DNA of 64,000 bases from the IMG/VR virus record IMGVR_UViG_3300020202_000002, positions 24,747 to 88,746 of that record; one strand, written 5' to 3'. This document shows, piece by piece, positions 1-10,075 of this stretch (positions are counted from its first letter, which is position 1; the number at the start of each line of letters is the position of its first letter). Made by a program: the position numbers and the translations under genes. This stretch comes from a virus. The notes under the pieces were generated by a model. That model saw nothing but the letters and a program-made list of their open reading frames with translations, did no database searches and had not been told where the DNA came from.

Positions 1-26
1 CTGACCTACGACCAGAGGAATCCCTG

Positions 27-416
27 ATGCCACCGATCGAGCGTGACAGTCGGGCCTGGGAGAAGGTGGTGCTCTGGCCGGTCAAGCCAGGAGAGATGAC
101 GGAAGACGGCAAACCGGTGCTTGGTGACCCGATCGAGATCGATTGCCAGTGGCACGAGGGGCGGAGCGAATCGGGCAGCCCACAACTTGATGGGACCATC
201 GTCGTCGACGCCTGGGGTCTGGTCGATGTGCCAATCGAAATTGGCAGCGGCATCTGGCGCGGCGAGTTGACCGACTGGCACGGCACTGGACCAGCGGCTG
301 ACTCGAATCAGGCCATGCGGGTTTGTGGGTTCCGAGAAACGTGGGACTCGAAAGGTCGCGAAGCGGAGCGACGTGTCGACATGCGGAGGGCGAACGACCT
401 ATGGCCTTCAGCCTGA
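27..416 (+). CDS. Putative head-closure / head-tail adaptor protein
   Basis: 129 aa, GAGG RBS, first gene of the neck-tail operon; assignment is positional. Confidence 0.5.
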   Translation: MPPIERDSRAWEKVVLWPVKPGEMTEDGKPVLGDPIEIDCQWHEGRSESGSPQLDGTIVVDAWGLVDVPIEIGSGIWRGELTDWHGTGPAADSNQAMRVCGFRETWDSKGREAERRVDMRRANDLWPSA

Positions 417-769
417 AGTTCGACAGGGCGAGCGTCGAACGGCTTCGCGCCAAGCTGTTCAACGACGCCAAGAAGTACCGCGACTGTCCCGCGATCTTCG
501 TCGAGTACACGGCCCCTTATGCGATTTGGGTGCACGAGAAGACCTGGGTGCAGCATCGCATCGGGCAGGCAAAGTTCCTTGAGGCGGCGGCCAAGCGTTC
601 GCGCGAGCGCATGAAAAATGCCATCGCGGAGGACTTGAAGGCGGGCAAGAGTTTTCGGCAGGCCAACCGCAGGGCCGCGCAGATCTTGCTGTACGACAGT
701 TCCCGGCTGGTGCCAGTGGACACAGGCGAGTTGCGGCGAAGCGGACGGGTCCGGGTGGAGGAAGTCTGA
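401..769 (+). CDS. HK97 gp10-like neck/tail-completion protein
   Basis: Motifs YTAPYAIWVHE, QAKFLE and VPVDTGELRRSG; ATG at 401 preceded by GGAGG. Confidence 0.7.
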   Translation: MAFSLKFDRASVERLRAKLFNDAKKYRDCPAIFVEYTAPYAIWVHEKTWVQHRIGQAKFLEAAAKRSRERMKNAIAEDLKAGKSFRQANRRAAQILLYDSSRLVPVDTGELRRSGRVRVEEV

Positions 770-1233
770 TGCTGCTCAAGAAGGATACAGCCCGAACACG
801 GGTGTTCAGTTTTGCGAGCGTGACCGGCACGTTGGCCGTCACTGTCTCCAAAGCTGGAGCCGCATTCGCTTCTCCGTCCGGGACCCTGACGCAGATAACC
901 GGCACCTACTACGCGCTGGCCCTGGCTGCGGGCGACACCAATACGCTCGGCGATCTCGCGTACAAGTTCACCGACAACAGCGGCACGATCTTTCCCCACG
1001 GCGACACGGTTGACGAGGTGGTGACCGGCATAGTCGGCGAAGGGGCGACCGGGGCGCTGGAAACCGGCTACAGTTCGGCGGACCTGCTGAAGCTGATATC
1101 GGCGGCAACCTTGGGTCGCGTGAGCATCAGTAACAACATCGTGACGATCCGCGACGTGAACAACACCGCTGACCGGATTGTGGCGACAGTGGACGACGAC
1201 GGGCAGCGAACATCGGTGGTGCTGACTCCATGA
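769..1233 (+). CDS. Virion structural protein, hypothetical
   Basis: 154 aa, Thr/Gly/Ala-rich, TGATG coupling to the upstream gene. Confidence 0.6.
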   Translation: MLLKKDTARTRVFSFASVTGTLAVTVSKAGAAFASPSGTLTQITGTYYALALAAGDTNTLGDLAYKFTDNSGTIFPHGDTVDEVVTGIVGEGATGALETGYSSADLLKLISAATLGRVSISNNIVTIRDVNNTADRIVATVDDDGQRTSVVLTP

Positions 1234-1385
1234 TGCGCGGCAACTACTGGTATCTGGGCTACTGGAACCGCAGCTACTTCGGCGGTACGTGGCTACGCGC
1301 TGGCAGCGCGTTTGGCCCTGCACAACTGGTGTTCGGTATCGGCTATGTTCCCGGCCTGAAACTGGGGGTGGTGCGTGCCGATTGA
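1230..1385 (+). CDS. Small aromatic-rich peptide (51 aa), not in the ORF track
   Basis: ATGA overlap with the upstream stop; reads MMRGNYWYLGYWNRSYFGGTWLRAGSAFGPAQLVFGIGYVPGLKLGVVRAD and fills the gap to the next gene. Confidence 0.55.
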   Translation: MMRGNYWYLGYWNRSYFGGTWLRAGSAFGPAQLVFGIGYVPGLKLGVVRAD

Positions 1386-1788
1386 TTTCGTCGAATGCCG
1401 CTGGCGCGAAAACGGCTCGGCGACCGTCTACGGACTCCTCGTGTCGCGCGACGGATCCGGCGCAACCGTCGACGGGCAAGGCCGCTACCTGAAGCGAGCG
1501 GACATCTCGTCCATCACCTACGCCGTGTGGGACGACGACAACCTGACGACAGCAGTGGCGACGGGGATAGTGACCATCAGCAGCAGCGTGTTCGATACGC
1601 CCCAGACGAACAGCGACGACCCGATCTGGAAATACAGCCATGGATTCAATTTTCGCCACGACCTGGGGCCATCTAATTTTCCGACCGGGGACCACACGTA
1701 CACGGTGGAGTACAAGATCACGGGCGCAGGCGGAACAATCTCGTGGGCGAGGTTTCGCGGGGTAGCGGCAGAGGTTCTGACGGAGTGA
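1375..1788 (+). CDS. Virion structural protein, hypothetical (beta-rich)
   Basis: 137 aa, within the tail operon, GC3-rich codon usage. Confidence 0.6.
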   Translation: MPIDFVECRWRENGSATVYGLLVSRDGSGATVDGQGRYLKRADISSITYAVWDDDNLTTAVATGIVTISSSVFDTPQTNSDDPIWKYSHGFNFRHDLGPSNFPTGDHTYTVEYKITGAGGTISWARFRGVAAEVLTE

Positions 1789-1794
1789 TGATGA

Positions 1795-2268
1795 GTGTCC
1801 AACAGGCTTTATCACTCGCCGGCGCACATCATGCGGCCCATCGTGCAGGGCATCCAGGAGGCGCCCTTCTGGGTGGTGACAGTGTTGCGCCAGCCCGACA
1901 TGAAAGCCGGGACCAATGCCGTGACGGTGTTCAACGCGCCGGGGCTCGGGCAAGAGCATTTGATGATCGGCGAACGCATGGAGCAAAGCGGCGTGCAGGT
2001 GATGGTCAGGGCCAGCGACTACAACACGGGCTTTCGCAAGGCGGATGCCATCGCCAAGGCCCTGGACGACCAATGGCTGACCAGCGTGGTGTTGCGGAAC
2101 CAGAACGGCGAAGCCGTGATCTACCAGCTATGGAGTTTCGAGAGGACGACGAATGTGATCTGCTTGCCGGTCACCAAGATTACCGGCGGCTACGTCGACG
2201 AAAAACATGCGGATGACCAGATTCACTTCGTCGTCAACGGGCTGGCGACGTTGAGCGTGATTGACTGA
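1795..2268 (+). CDS. Putative tail terminator / minor structural protein
   Basis: Directly upstream of the tail tube; VQVMVRASDY..G..KA motif typical of tail terminators. Confidence 0.6.
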   Translation: MSNRLYHSPAHIMRPIVQGIQEAPFWVVTVLRQPDMKAGTNAVTVFNAPGLGQEHLMIGERMEQSGVQVMVRASDYNTGFRKADAIAKALDDQWLTSVVLRNQNGEAVIYQLWSFERTTNVICLPVTKITGGYVDEKHADDQIHFVVNGLATLSVID

Positions 2269-2297
2269 CCACGGAACTTTGAGAGAGGAGCCTATCC

Positions 2298-2771
2298 ATG
2301 GCCGCACCAACCCTGACCGCTCGCCAGGCCCCGGCTGGCATCAAACTGCGCGACGGCTTCGCCGCGTTCTACGCCTTCGCACTCGACCCGGACATTTCCA
2401 TCTGGGAAACCGAGGTGCAACTACCTTCCTTCGACGGTGGCGATCCCATCGACACGACGACGATGTGGAACGACGCGTGGATGACGAAGGCGCTTCAGCA
2501 ACTCGTCGACCACGGCGAGGCGTCCGGAGTCTGCGGCTACGACCCGGCCTGCCTCACGCAAATCCTGTCCATTCTGAACCGAAACGGAAGCGTGACGTGT
2601 CACCTGCCCGACACGTCGACGTACACCTTCTGGGGCGGCTTGACCAAGTTCGAGCCGGAAGCGTTCAAGAAGGGCGAATTCCCCACGGCGAACTTCACGA
2701 TTGTCGTCACCAACACCGACACGTCCGGCAACGAAGCCGGCCCCGTGCTGGTCAGCGCAGCCAATACCTAA
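2298..2771 (+). CDS. Major tail tube protein
   Basis: Strong GAGGAG RBS; DGGDPIDTTTM and FWGGLTKFEP motifs; precedes the chaperones and tape measure. Confidence 0.75.
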   Translation: MAAPTLTARQAPAGIKLRDGFAAFYAFALDPDISIWETEVQLPSFDGGDPIDTTTMWNDAWMTKALQQLVDHGEASGVCGYDPACLTQILSILNRNGSVTCHLPDTSTYTFWGGLTKFEPEAFKKGEFPTANFTIVVTNTDTSGNEAGPVLVSAANT

Positions 2772-2842
2772 GCCCTGCGCGGTCGTGAGGCGCACGGAAC
2801 AGAGCCTCCGGCCGCAGGGCGCTTTCAACCGAGGAGAAAGGC

Positions 2843-3304
2843 ATGGAAGAACCGCTTGTTTTCACGGACGCCACGAAGTATCACGAAGAACCCGTCAAAG
2901 TCGACGGCGCGTTGTACACTTTGCGCGAAGCGTTTGGCGACGCCGCTATCAAGTTCAAGAGCGCACAGGCCCGTGCCATGCGCTTTGTCGACGGCAAGCC
3001 AACCCTGATCGAGGGAGCCGCCGAGGTCGAGCCATTGCTGGTTCACCTGTGCCTTTTCGAGTCCTATGGGGACCCCAACAATCCGCGCGAGCGCAACGTG
3101 TCCATGGCCACGATCAAGACGTGGAAAGCGCACGTCATCACTAAGATTTTCGAGCGCGCCAAGAAGATTAGCCGCCTGGACGAGACGCTTACCAGCGCCG
3201 ATGTCCGCAAGAAGATCGCCGAGTTGCAAAAGCAACTTGAAGACATGGAAAGGGCGGAAGAGGAAAAAAACTCGCCGCCTACCGAGCTGGCTGGTTCCAC
3301 CTAG
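2843..3304 (+). CDS. Tail assembly chaperone (gpG-like)
   Basis: Between tube and tape measure; slippery A-AAA-AAC at 3265-3271 near its 3' end. Confidence 0.75.
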   Translation: MEEPLVFTDATKYHEEPVKVDGALYTLREAFGDAAIKFKSAQARAMRFVDGKPTLIEGAAEVEPLLVHLCLFESYGDPNNPRERNVSMATIKTWKAHVITKIFERAKKISRLDETLTSADVRKKIAELQKQLEDMERAEEEKNSPPTELAGST

Positions 3305-3663
3305 CTCGGGAATTCGGCCTTGACCCGTTCGAGATGCAGAGAACGTGGACCAACCGGCAATACATGGAGGCCATGGCATGGCTTGTGGAGCAGCGCAACC
3401 ATCCGACCGTCGATCAGCAGTACCAGATGCAAATCGCCATGCTGGTGGACAGCATCGTACCGCGGATCTTCGGCAGGACGTATCAGGGCAAGCTGCAAGA
3501 CAAGAAGCTCGTGTGGAGAACGGAAGAGGACGACGACCCGCAATCGCTGGAAGAGCGCAAACGGGTCTTCAGCCAGATGATGCTGGCGCGCTGGAGGGCG
3601 GTGGCCGAAGGTGGCGGTAAACGAGCAAGAAGTCGGACGGATGGTCGTACGATTGCTGGGTGA
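3268..3663 (+). CDS. Tail assembly chaperone frameshift extension (gpT-like, -1 frame)
   Basis: The -1 frame is open from the slippery site: LAAYRAGWFHLAREFGLDPFEMQRTWTNRQYMEAMAW... Confidence 0.7.
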   Translation, partial: KLAAYRAGWFHLAREFGLDPFEMQRTWTNRQYMEAMAWLVEQRNHPTVDQQYQMQIAMLVDSIVPRIFGRTYQGKLQDKKLVWRTEEDDDPQSLEERKRVFSQMMLARWRAVAEGGGKRARSRTDGRTIAG

Positions 3664-6289
3664 CTCCAGCAGTTATGAGGCCATGATGCGCCAAGCGGCC
3701 GCCACCACACGCGCCGCCGTCGCCTCCATGGGAACCGCCATGACGGCTGGCATAACCGCTCCGTTCGCTGGCGCTGGCGTGATGGCCGTCAGCGCTGCCG
3801 CGCAGATGGAACAGGCTCAAGTCCAGTTTTCGACCATGCTGCAGTCCGAAGCCAAGGGCATGCAGATGGTCAAGGACCTCATCCAATTCGCGGCTGCCAC
3901 CCCGCTGACGACGCCGGAAGTGACGACGGCGGCTCGCACGCTGCTGCAGTTCGGCGTTGAGGGCGAAAGGGTCATCGAAACGTTGCGCATGCTCGGCGAC
4001 GCTGCCGGCGGCGACTCCCAGCGCTTCCAGTCCATGTCGCTGGCGTTCGGGCAGATGTCCGCGGCCGGCCGGCTGATGGGGCAAGACTTGCTGCAAATGA
4101 TCAATGCCGGTTTCAACCCGCTTCAGGAGATTTCACGGACAACCGGCAAGTCGATGGGGCAACTGAAAAAGGAGATGGAGGATGGCAAGATTTCGGCGGC
4201 GATGGTGACGGCAGCGTTTCGCTCGGCCACGAGTCAAGGCGGGCGATTCTTCAACATGATGGAGAAGCAGTCGCAGACGGTCACTGGCCTGTGGTCCACG
4301 ATGCGCGACAACGCCAGCCTCTTCCTGGTCACGCTGGGCGACATGATCATCAAGCAGCTTCACGTCAAGGACGCCATCAAGGCCGTATCTGCCGCCGCAG
4401 GGGACGTTGGCAACTGGCTCAAGTCGCTGAGCCCGATGGCTCAGAAAGCAATGTTGGCCGTGGCGCTGATCGCATCAACCCTGGGGCCGCTGCTGATCGT
4501 CCTTTCGGCCGTTGGCCCGGCTGTCGTCGCCGGCTTCGGCTTGTTCATGTCGACTGTCCTGCCCATCGTTGGTGTCGTCGGCGTGGCGGTCGCTGCGGTC
4601 GCTCTCTGGGTTCGCTCAGTGGGTGGCCTGGGGCCAGCGTGGGCGCTCGTAGCGGAGAAGGCAGGGGCGGCGTGGGCGTTGATTAAGGACGCGGCCATGT
4701 CGGCATGGACGTGGATCACCACCAACTTCGGCAGCATTGCTTCGTGGATTGCGCCCCTGTTTGCGGGCGCTGGAATAGAGATACTCGCCACGATCACGCT
4801 GATAATCGCGGCAGTGAAGGCAGTCGGAGCAATCTTCACGTACCTCAAGGGTGTTTTCTTCGAGAACTACGATGCCATCAAGGCAGTCAGCGATGGCTAC
4901 TTGACACTCGCTGGGCGCGTGCTGATGGCTATCGGCATCACCAAACTGTTCCTGTTCGCGGCTGGCCTCGTCATTGGGGTTCTTAAGGCTCTCGGCATCG
5001 TCCAGTTGGCCACGAACATTCTGTGGGTCGGCTGGGCTATCAGTTTGGCGACCGTCAAGGGACTCGTCGCCATAGTCACAGGCGTCATGCTGGTTGCTCA
5101 GGCGGCGACGTGGCTGTGGAACGGCGCTCTGACGGTCATGAACATACTGCTCTCGCCGGTCGCCATTCTTGGAGTGGTTGCGGCGATCGGCGTACTGGTG
5201 GCGATTCTCGCTGTCGCCGGCTCGGCGCTCTACGGGCTGTACAGCGCTGGCCAGCAGCTTATCGGCACGCTCACAGGGCTCAGTAACACCACGCTCGGCA
5301 CGCACCTGTCTTCCGTCTTCGGCGAGTGGAAGACGATCCTCACGGATGTGTTCAACCTCGCCAAGTCGGGCGACTTCTCCGGCGCGTTCGAGATGCTGAA
5401 ACTCGGCGCGGACCTGGCGATCAACCAGGTGAAGGACCTGTGGCCGCCCTTGTGGAACTTTATCAGAGATGGTTTCGGGCATTTGTGGACCATCGTCTCG
5501 ACGACGTTCATGGTGGAAATGCAGCGTGCGCTGATCAACGTCAGCAACAGGACACTTGACTTCCTGACAAGTTGGGACAAGACAGGGATGCTCACGAGTG
5601 GCCTGCGATCCGGTGTCGGCACACTGCTCAATAGTTGGAACGCCGGTCTGTCGCAAAGCGAGAACAACGTCAACCGGTCCACCTTCGCGCTGGGCCAGAT
5701 GGCAAATCAGTTTCAGGCGGTCGAATCAGCCGCAACTCAAGCCTCGCGAGCGAACGTCGAGGTGGCCAATCTCGAACGTGAGTACGCGAACTTCTTCCGC
5801 GATCGCGACGCCGCTGACGACATGAATCACTGGGTCGTCAACGCCACGGAACAGTTCGACGAGTTCGGCAATGTCGTCGCCAGTTCGGACGCAGCAAGCC
5901 AAGCCAGCCGTCTCGGCGCGCAAACCGGCGAAGCACTCGCCACCGGGGTCAAGAAGCATGCCGGCCATGCAATGGACAGTTTTCAGGCTGCAGCAGTCGG
6001 CAGTGCCGAAGCCATCGCCCGCATGAATGCCTACCGGGACACCTTCCGGCAGATGGGTTTCTCCGCGAACGCCCTGGCAGGCGGGACGACGCCAGCGACA
6101 ACTCTGGCGGGAGCGAGCACAGCCGCCAGCCCCACGACATTAGCTAACGTGGTATCGCCTCCGGGACGAACCGACAACACCCAAGAACACCTCGCTGTTC
6201 TCAAGGATATCCTGCATCAAGCCAAGCTGCAGACCGCCATCATGCAGCGCGAAACCGGTGTGATTCTGGAGGAAGTGGACCTGGAATGA
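3611..6289 (+). CDS. Tail tape measure protein
   Basis: 892 aa, Ala-rich; tape-measure domain (FAAATP...GQMSAAGRLMGQDLLQM...QSQTVTGLWST) and long hydrophobic stretches. Confidence 0.95.
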   Translation: MAVNEQEVGRMVVRLLGDSSSYEAMMRQAAATTRAAVASMGTAMTAGITAPFAGAGVMAVSAAAQMEQAQVQFSTMLQSEAKGMQMVKDLIQFAAATPLTTPEVTTAARTLLQFGVEGERVIETLRMLGDAAGGDSQRFQSMSLAFGQMSAAGRLMGQDLLQMINAGFNPLQEISRTTGKSMGQLKKEMEDGKISAAMVTAAFRSATSQGGRFFNMMEKQSQTVTGLWSTMRDNASLFLVTLGDMIIKQLHVKDAIKAVSAAAGDVGNWLKSLSPMAQKAMLAVALIASTLGPLLIVLSAVGPAVVAGFGLFMSTVLPIVGVVGVAVAAVALWVRSVGGLGPAWALVAEKAGAAWALIKDAAMSAWTWITTNFGSIASWIAPLFAGAGIEILATITLIIAAVKAVGAIFTYLKGVFFENYDAIKAVSDGYLTLAGRVLMAIGITKLFLFAAGLVIGVLKALGIVQLATNILWVGWAISLATVKGLVAIVTGVMLVAQAATWLWNGALTVMNILLSPVAILGVVAAIGVLVAILAVAGSALYGLYSAGQQLIGTLTGLSNTTLGTHLSSVFGEWKTILTDVFNLAKSGDFSGAFEMLKLGADLAINQVKDLWPPLWNFIRDGFGHLWTIVSTTFMVEMQRALINVSNRTLDFLTSWDKTGMLTSGLRSGVGTLLNSWNAGLSQSENNVNRSTFALGQMANQFQAVESAATQASRANVEVANLEREYANFFRDRDAADDMNHWVVNATEQFDEFGNVVASSDAASQASRLGAQTGEALATGVKKHAGHAMDSFQAAAVGSAEAIARMNAYRDTFRQMGFSANALAGGTTPATTLAGASTAASPTTLANVVSPPGRTDNTQEHLAVLKDILHQAKLQTAIMQRETGVILEEVDLE

Positions 6290-7692
6290 GCGGCACGTAC
6301 CGAGGACCGTTCGGCATCAGCGGCTCGATCGACGCCGAAGGCTACCGCACGTACAAGGTCAAGCACAGGGTGGAATTAGAACCGGGCGAATCCGCCCTGA
6401 CGGCGCTGCTGACTCCGGGCTTGCCGCTGCCTGGGGCTATCTTCTCTCTTGCCTCCATGGGCGTGGCGTCGTCGGAAGTCGACCCGTGGGTCTGGTGTCT
6501 CCCCGAGATGGAAGCCAGCAAACTCGGCCGTGATACCGAAACCGGCGGTATATGGGTCGTTGAACAGACGTTCTCGAACAAGCCACCCAAGCGTTGCGCC
6601 TCGTTCCAGTTCGACAATCCTCTGCTTGAGCCGCAGAAGGTATCCGGCGACTATCGCATGAACCGGGTCGAGGCCACGCACGACATTTACGGTGACCCCA
6701 TCACCAACAGCGCCCACGAGCAGATTCGCGGCCCGCAAGTCGAGTTTGACGACGGCTCGCCCACCATCAAGATCGAACAGAACGTCGCCATTCTTGATCT
6801 GCCACTACTCACGCAGATGCAGAACGCCGTGAACGCCTTTCCGATGTGGGGGCTGCCGGCGCGGACGATTAAGATATCGAAGATCTCCTGGGAGCGAAAA
6901 TTCCATGGGGCCTGCTTCGTCTACTTCACGCGCAAGTTCGAGTTCGACTGTTCCGAGAGAAAACAGCAGCGAATTAAGGGTGCTCCGGCCACGTCATCGT
7001 TCGACCGCGAGGTGGTGGACGAAGGTACGAAGGCACTCCGGGGAAAGTGGGCCTCAAACGGCACATGGGAACTGATCAACATCAATGGTCAACCACCGGA
7101 CCCGTCGAATCCATCGCACTTCGACCGCTACAAGGATAAAAACGGCGAGAACGCGAAGGTCATCCTTGACGGCCACGGCAAGCCCTACATCCCCGAAATC
7201 GAATACGTCCCCGGCAGCGGCAACTGCTCCGAATGCACGTCGACCCCCAAGTATTTCGTCGTGCGCGGCTTCACCGATTTCGAGGCGCGAAACAGCAGTG
7301 CCGTCACGACAAGCATTCGCGGGACACTGTGGAACGACGTGCAGCTGGAATACGTCAGCGGTTGTGATTGGGTGGCCACCGTCGACATGGGTAACAGCCA
7401 GACGGCTAACCTGCAAATCAGCGTCTCGGGCGACACGGCGACGCTGACGATCAGTTTCGCCGGCTACACCTTCGAGTTCGAGGGCGACTTCTCCTGCACC
7501 GGCCAATTTGCCCTGGACGACATCACGAGCGAGAGCCAGTTCTTGTTGAACGACGTGCCAGACAATTTGCCGACGACGGTGCAGATTTCCTCCCCCGGCG
7601 GCGATCCGCCCGGATCGATCAGCGTGCAGTATTACCAGGAAGCCGACTTCAGCCTGCTACGGATTCCGATGGACCTGCAGGTGCAGATTTAG
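6286..7692 (+). CDS. Putative distal tail / baseplate protein with a Cys-containing inserted module
   Basis: Immediately follows the tape measure with ATGA overlap; 468 aa. Confidence 0.55.
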   Translation: MSGTYRGPFGISGSIDAEGYRTYKVKHRVELEPGESALTALLTPGLPLPGAIFSLASMGVASSEVDPWVWCLPEMEASKLGRDTETGGIWVVEQTFSNKPPKRCASFQFDNPLLEPQKVSGDYRMNRVEATHDIYGDPITNSAHEQIRGPQVEFDDGSPTIKIEQNVAILDLPLLTQMQNAVNAFPMWGLPARTIKISKISWERKFHGACFVYFTRKFEFDCSERKQQRIKGAPATSSFDREVVDEGTKALRGKWASNGTWELININGQPPDPSNPSHFDRYKDKNGENAKVILDGHGKPYIPEIEYVPGSGNCSECTSTPKYFVVRGFTDFEARNSSAVTTSIRGTLWNDVQLEYVSGCDWVATVDMGNSQTANLQISVSGDTATLTISFAGYTFEFEGDFSCTGQFALDDITSESQFLLNDVPDNLPTTVQISSPGGDPPGSISVQYYQEADFSLLRIPMDLQVQI

Positions 7693-7699
7693 GTGAGCC

Positions 7700-8125
7700 A
7701 TGGCCAATGAGATTCAGGCGCGCGTAAGCCTCTTCGTCAGTGCCGACAACGTGCGCTATCAGTCTCCGCAGCAAGCCTTCAATGTGACGATGACGGGACG
7801 CAAGGGGCCGACTCCTGCCCTCGTCGAGGCCACCACGAACGGCACCGACGTGAATCTGAGTTTGCTTGACACTCCCGGTATGTGCGAGGTCATCAACCAG
7901 GACTCGTCGAACTACATCACGCTGGGGCGCTGGGATTCGACCACCAGCACGTTCTACCCCTTCATGGAGGTCGGGCCTGGCGAAAACTACATCTGGAAGC
8001 TGCCGCGCGATATCAACGACGAATACTCCGGGACAGGTACAGGAACAGGCAGCAACACAAGCACGCTTCGCATCAAGGCTGCCAATGCGCCGTGCAGCGT
8101 ACTGCTGAACGCCTTCGAGCGCTGA
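7700..8125 (+). CDS. Tail-associated protein with GTGTGTG tract
   Basis: 141 aa, AGGTGAG RBS, tail operon. Confidence 0.55.
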   Translation: MANEIQARVSLFVSADNVRYQSPQQAFNVTMTGRKGPTPALVEATTNGTDVNLSLLDTPGMCEVINQDSSNYITLGRWDSTTSTFYPFMEVGPGENYIWKLPRDINDEYSGTGTGTGSNTSTLRIKAANAPCSVLLNAFER

Positions 8126-8132
8126 GGACATT

Positions 8133-8549
8133 ATGCCGCGCCTGATCGAAACCGAGGCTATCTATCTCGAAGGCGTGCAGGATGCGCAGCCCGTCGAGCA
8201 CGTCGGCATTTACCAGGTGACCAGCAGCGAACAACTATTCGGCCCGCGGCACATCGTCGTCCTGCAAACGAAGACGGCGCTGCTGGAATTGACCGGTGGC
8301 TGCTGGGTCAAGGATGCGGCAACGTTGCGGATCGCCAACAACACAGGCACGAACCTGCAGGTGCGACCAACAGCGGAAGAGCGCGCCCGTCTCGACGCAG
8401 CCGTTGTCGAGGTGTTTCTGGGTGACGAACTGCTCGGCTACGTTCGCCCTGGCCGTTCGCTGCGATATGAACCGAGTGACTTGTCCCGGCTGTCGTTGCG
8501 GTGCCAGAAGGGCGGCGCGCGCTGTGTCGTGGTCGTCTACCCACGGTGA
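8133..8549 (+). CDS. Tail-associated hypothetical protein
   Basis: 138 aa, GAGG RBS, tail operon. Confidence 0.5.
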   Translation: MPRLIETEAIYLEGVQDAQPVEHVGIYQVTSSEQLFGPRHIVVLQTKTALLELTGGCWVKDAATLRIANNTGTNLQVRPTAEERARLDAAVVEVFLGDELLGYVRPGRSLRYEPSDLSRLSLRCQKGGARCVVVVYPR

Positions 8550-8552
8550 CCC

Positions 8553-8762
8553 ATGGGCAGGAAAAGGCGGCCCCGAAAAGTCCGGATATGGGTGCGCTGC
8601 CTGGGTCCAGGACCGGAACACACGTTTGTGACGAGCGACCCGATAGGCCACCGCATCTGCCGCGACTGCAAGAAGGCAATCGAGGCGAAGCGGATCTGTG
8701 ACCGGTACGAGCCCTACCTGCGGGCGCAGGACGTGCGGAACGGATTCTTCAAGGAAACGTGA
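8553..8762 (+). CDS. Small Cys/His zinc-finger-like protein
   Basis: C...H...CRDC pattern, basic, coupled to the next gene. Confidence 0.45.
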   Translation: MGRKRRPRKVRIWVRCLGPGPEHTFVTSDPIGHRICRDCKKAIEAKRICDRYEPYLRAQDVRNGFFKET

Positions 8763-9556
8763 TGGTGCGGGTACTCACGAGAGCGGACATCGGCAAGCTG
8801 GGGCGCTTTGTGCGCGACCAGCGAACCAGCCGCCCGCGCATGCGCCCGCGTCATCCCGAAGTGCTCGGCTCGTCGCCCGACCGCTACATTGTCGGCACCG
8901 GGGAAGGTATCACGAGCTGTCGCGGTACGGCGGATTGCCAGGTGTACCGGCTCAACGATGGGACGCTGGAGGCTGTTGACGGGCTGACGGTGCTCGTCAC
9001 GAACCCGGACGGAACGGATATTCCGGCGAGCAGCTACGCCTTGGCCGTGCGTGACAAGTTCGGGCAGTGGGTGACGAAGAAGGTGTTCGAGTGCCCGCAG
9101 TGGTATTGCGTGGAGGCACCGGAAAGTACAGGGACAGGTACGGACATCGACTGTGGCAGTCCGACTTGTTGGGTGTTCGTGCTCAGTAGCGACCTTCACA
9201 ACGGCGAGTCGTTTCCCGGCGATTTCCAGTGCGGCAGCGATCCGAATATACCTGGTATCCTCAAGTTCGTCAGCACATGTCGCTGGGGCGGTGGTGGCGT
9301 CTGCCTTCCCTGCAACCAGGTTGGCGGCAGCAATGCGAACCTCCAATACAACTTTGCGGAACTGGTTTGGGAGTTCCAAATCGACACGCTGGTGTACAGG
9401 TTCAGCGGAGAACTGTCGCGATCCACGCAAAACGTATTCACGCTATACTCGACGGGCGTCCCATATAACACGAATCCTGGCGCTTTGGTTCCTAATTTCG
9501 TAACGGTTTATGACGGCGACACCTACCTTGGCAGCAACTGGTGTTCATCTTGTTAG
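8759..9556 (+). CDS. Tail-tip / fibre-associated modular protein A
   Basis: Shares CQVYRL.DG.LEAVDGL...RDKFG.WV with 9566..10075; GTGT linker; Cys-rich C-terminal module. Confidence 0.55.
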   Translation: MMVRVLTRADIGKLGRFVRDQRTSRPRMRPRHPEVLGSSPDRYIVGTGEGITSCRGTADCQVYRLNDGTLEAVDGLTVLVTNPDGTDIPASSYALAVRDKFGQWVTKKVFECPQWYCVEAPESTGTGTDIDCGSPTCWVFVLSSDLHNGESFPGDFQCGSDPNIPGILKFVSTCRWGGGGVCLPCNQVGGSNANLQYNFAELVWEFQIDTLVYRFSGELSRSTQNVFTLYSTGVPYNTNPGALVPNFVTVYDGDTYLGSNWCSSC

Positions 9557-9565
9557 TGGAACACG

Positions 9566-10075
9566 ATGGCCAAAAAGATTCCCGTCCTTACTGACGACGC
9601 CGCGGCAAAACTGCAGGACGCCTACGACCAGTGGGCCAAGTCGCCACCACCGAACATCAACCGCCGAGATCCGGGTTGGGATGATCAGGACCTCCAGGCA
9701 CCCGAAGAATATCTGGCCATCACGCAGACGGCGCTCGTCGCCGCGGAAGACTGCGATACCGGGTTCGACAGTGCCGAATGCCAAGTTTACCGGCTGGTGG
9801 ACGGCGATCTGGAAGCCGTCGACGGCTTGGAGATTACCGCATGGAACCTGCTCTCGGAGGCAATCGCGTCTGGTACGCTCGTGCTCATCAGCCGCGACAA
9901 GTTCGGCTCCTGGGTCATCTCCGCAGTGTATGGCGAATGCGACACCGGAGCTGGCACTGCTACGGCTACCGCCACCAGCACCGATGACGGCTTGGACGCC
10001 GAAGGCGCGTGGTGGGCCGCGACACCTCCGAGCGGCGGTCAGTCTGGTGGGGCGTGGTGGGCGGGGACACCGTGA
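9566..10075 (+). CDS. Tail-tip / fibre-associated modular protein B
   Basis: Central module paralogous to 8759..9556; C-terminal WW motif shared with 10075..10299. Confidence 0.55.
   Translation: MAKKIPVLTDDAAAKLQDAYDQWAKSPPPNINRRDPGWDDQDLQAPEEYLAITQTALVAAEDCDTGFDSAECQVYRLVDGDLEAVDGLEITAWNLLSEAIASGTLVLISRDKFGSWVISAVYGECDTGAGTATATATSTDDGLDAEGAWWAATPPSGGQSGGAWWAGTP

Noticed and set aside
5131-5144. 14-nt identity (GACGGTCATGAACA) between the tape-measure gene and the repeat 3/spacer 3 junction, suggesting self-targeting
   Set aside because: Only 11 nt fall in the spacer, there is no T-rich PAM-like flank, and a match this short can arise by chance in 64 kb.
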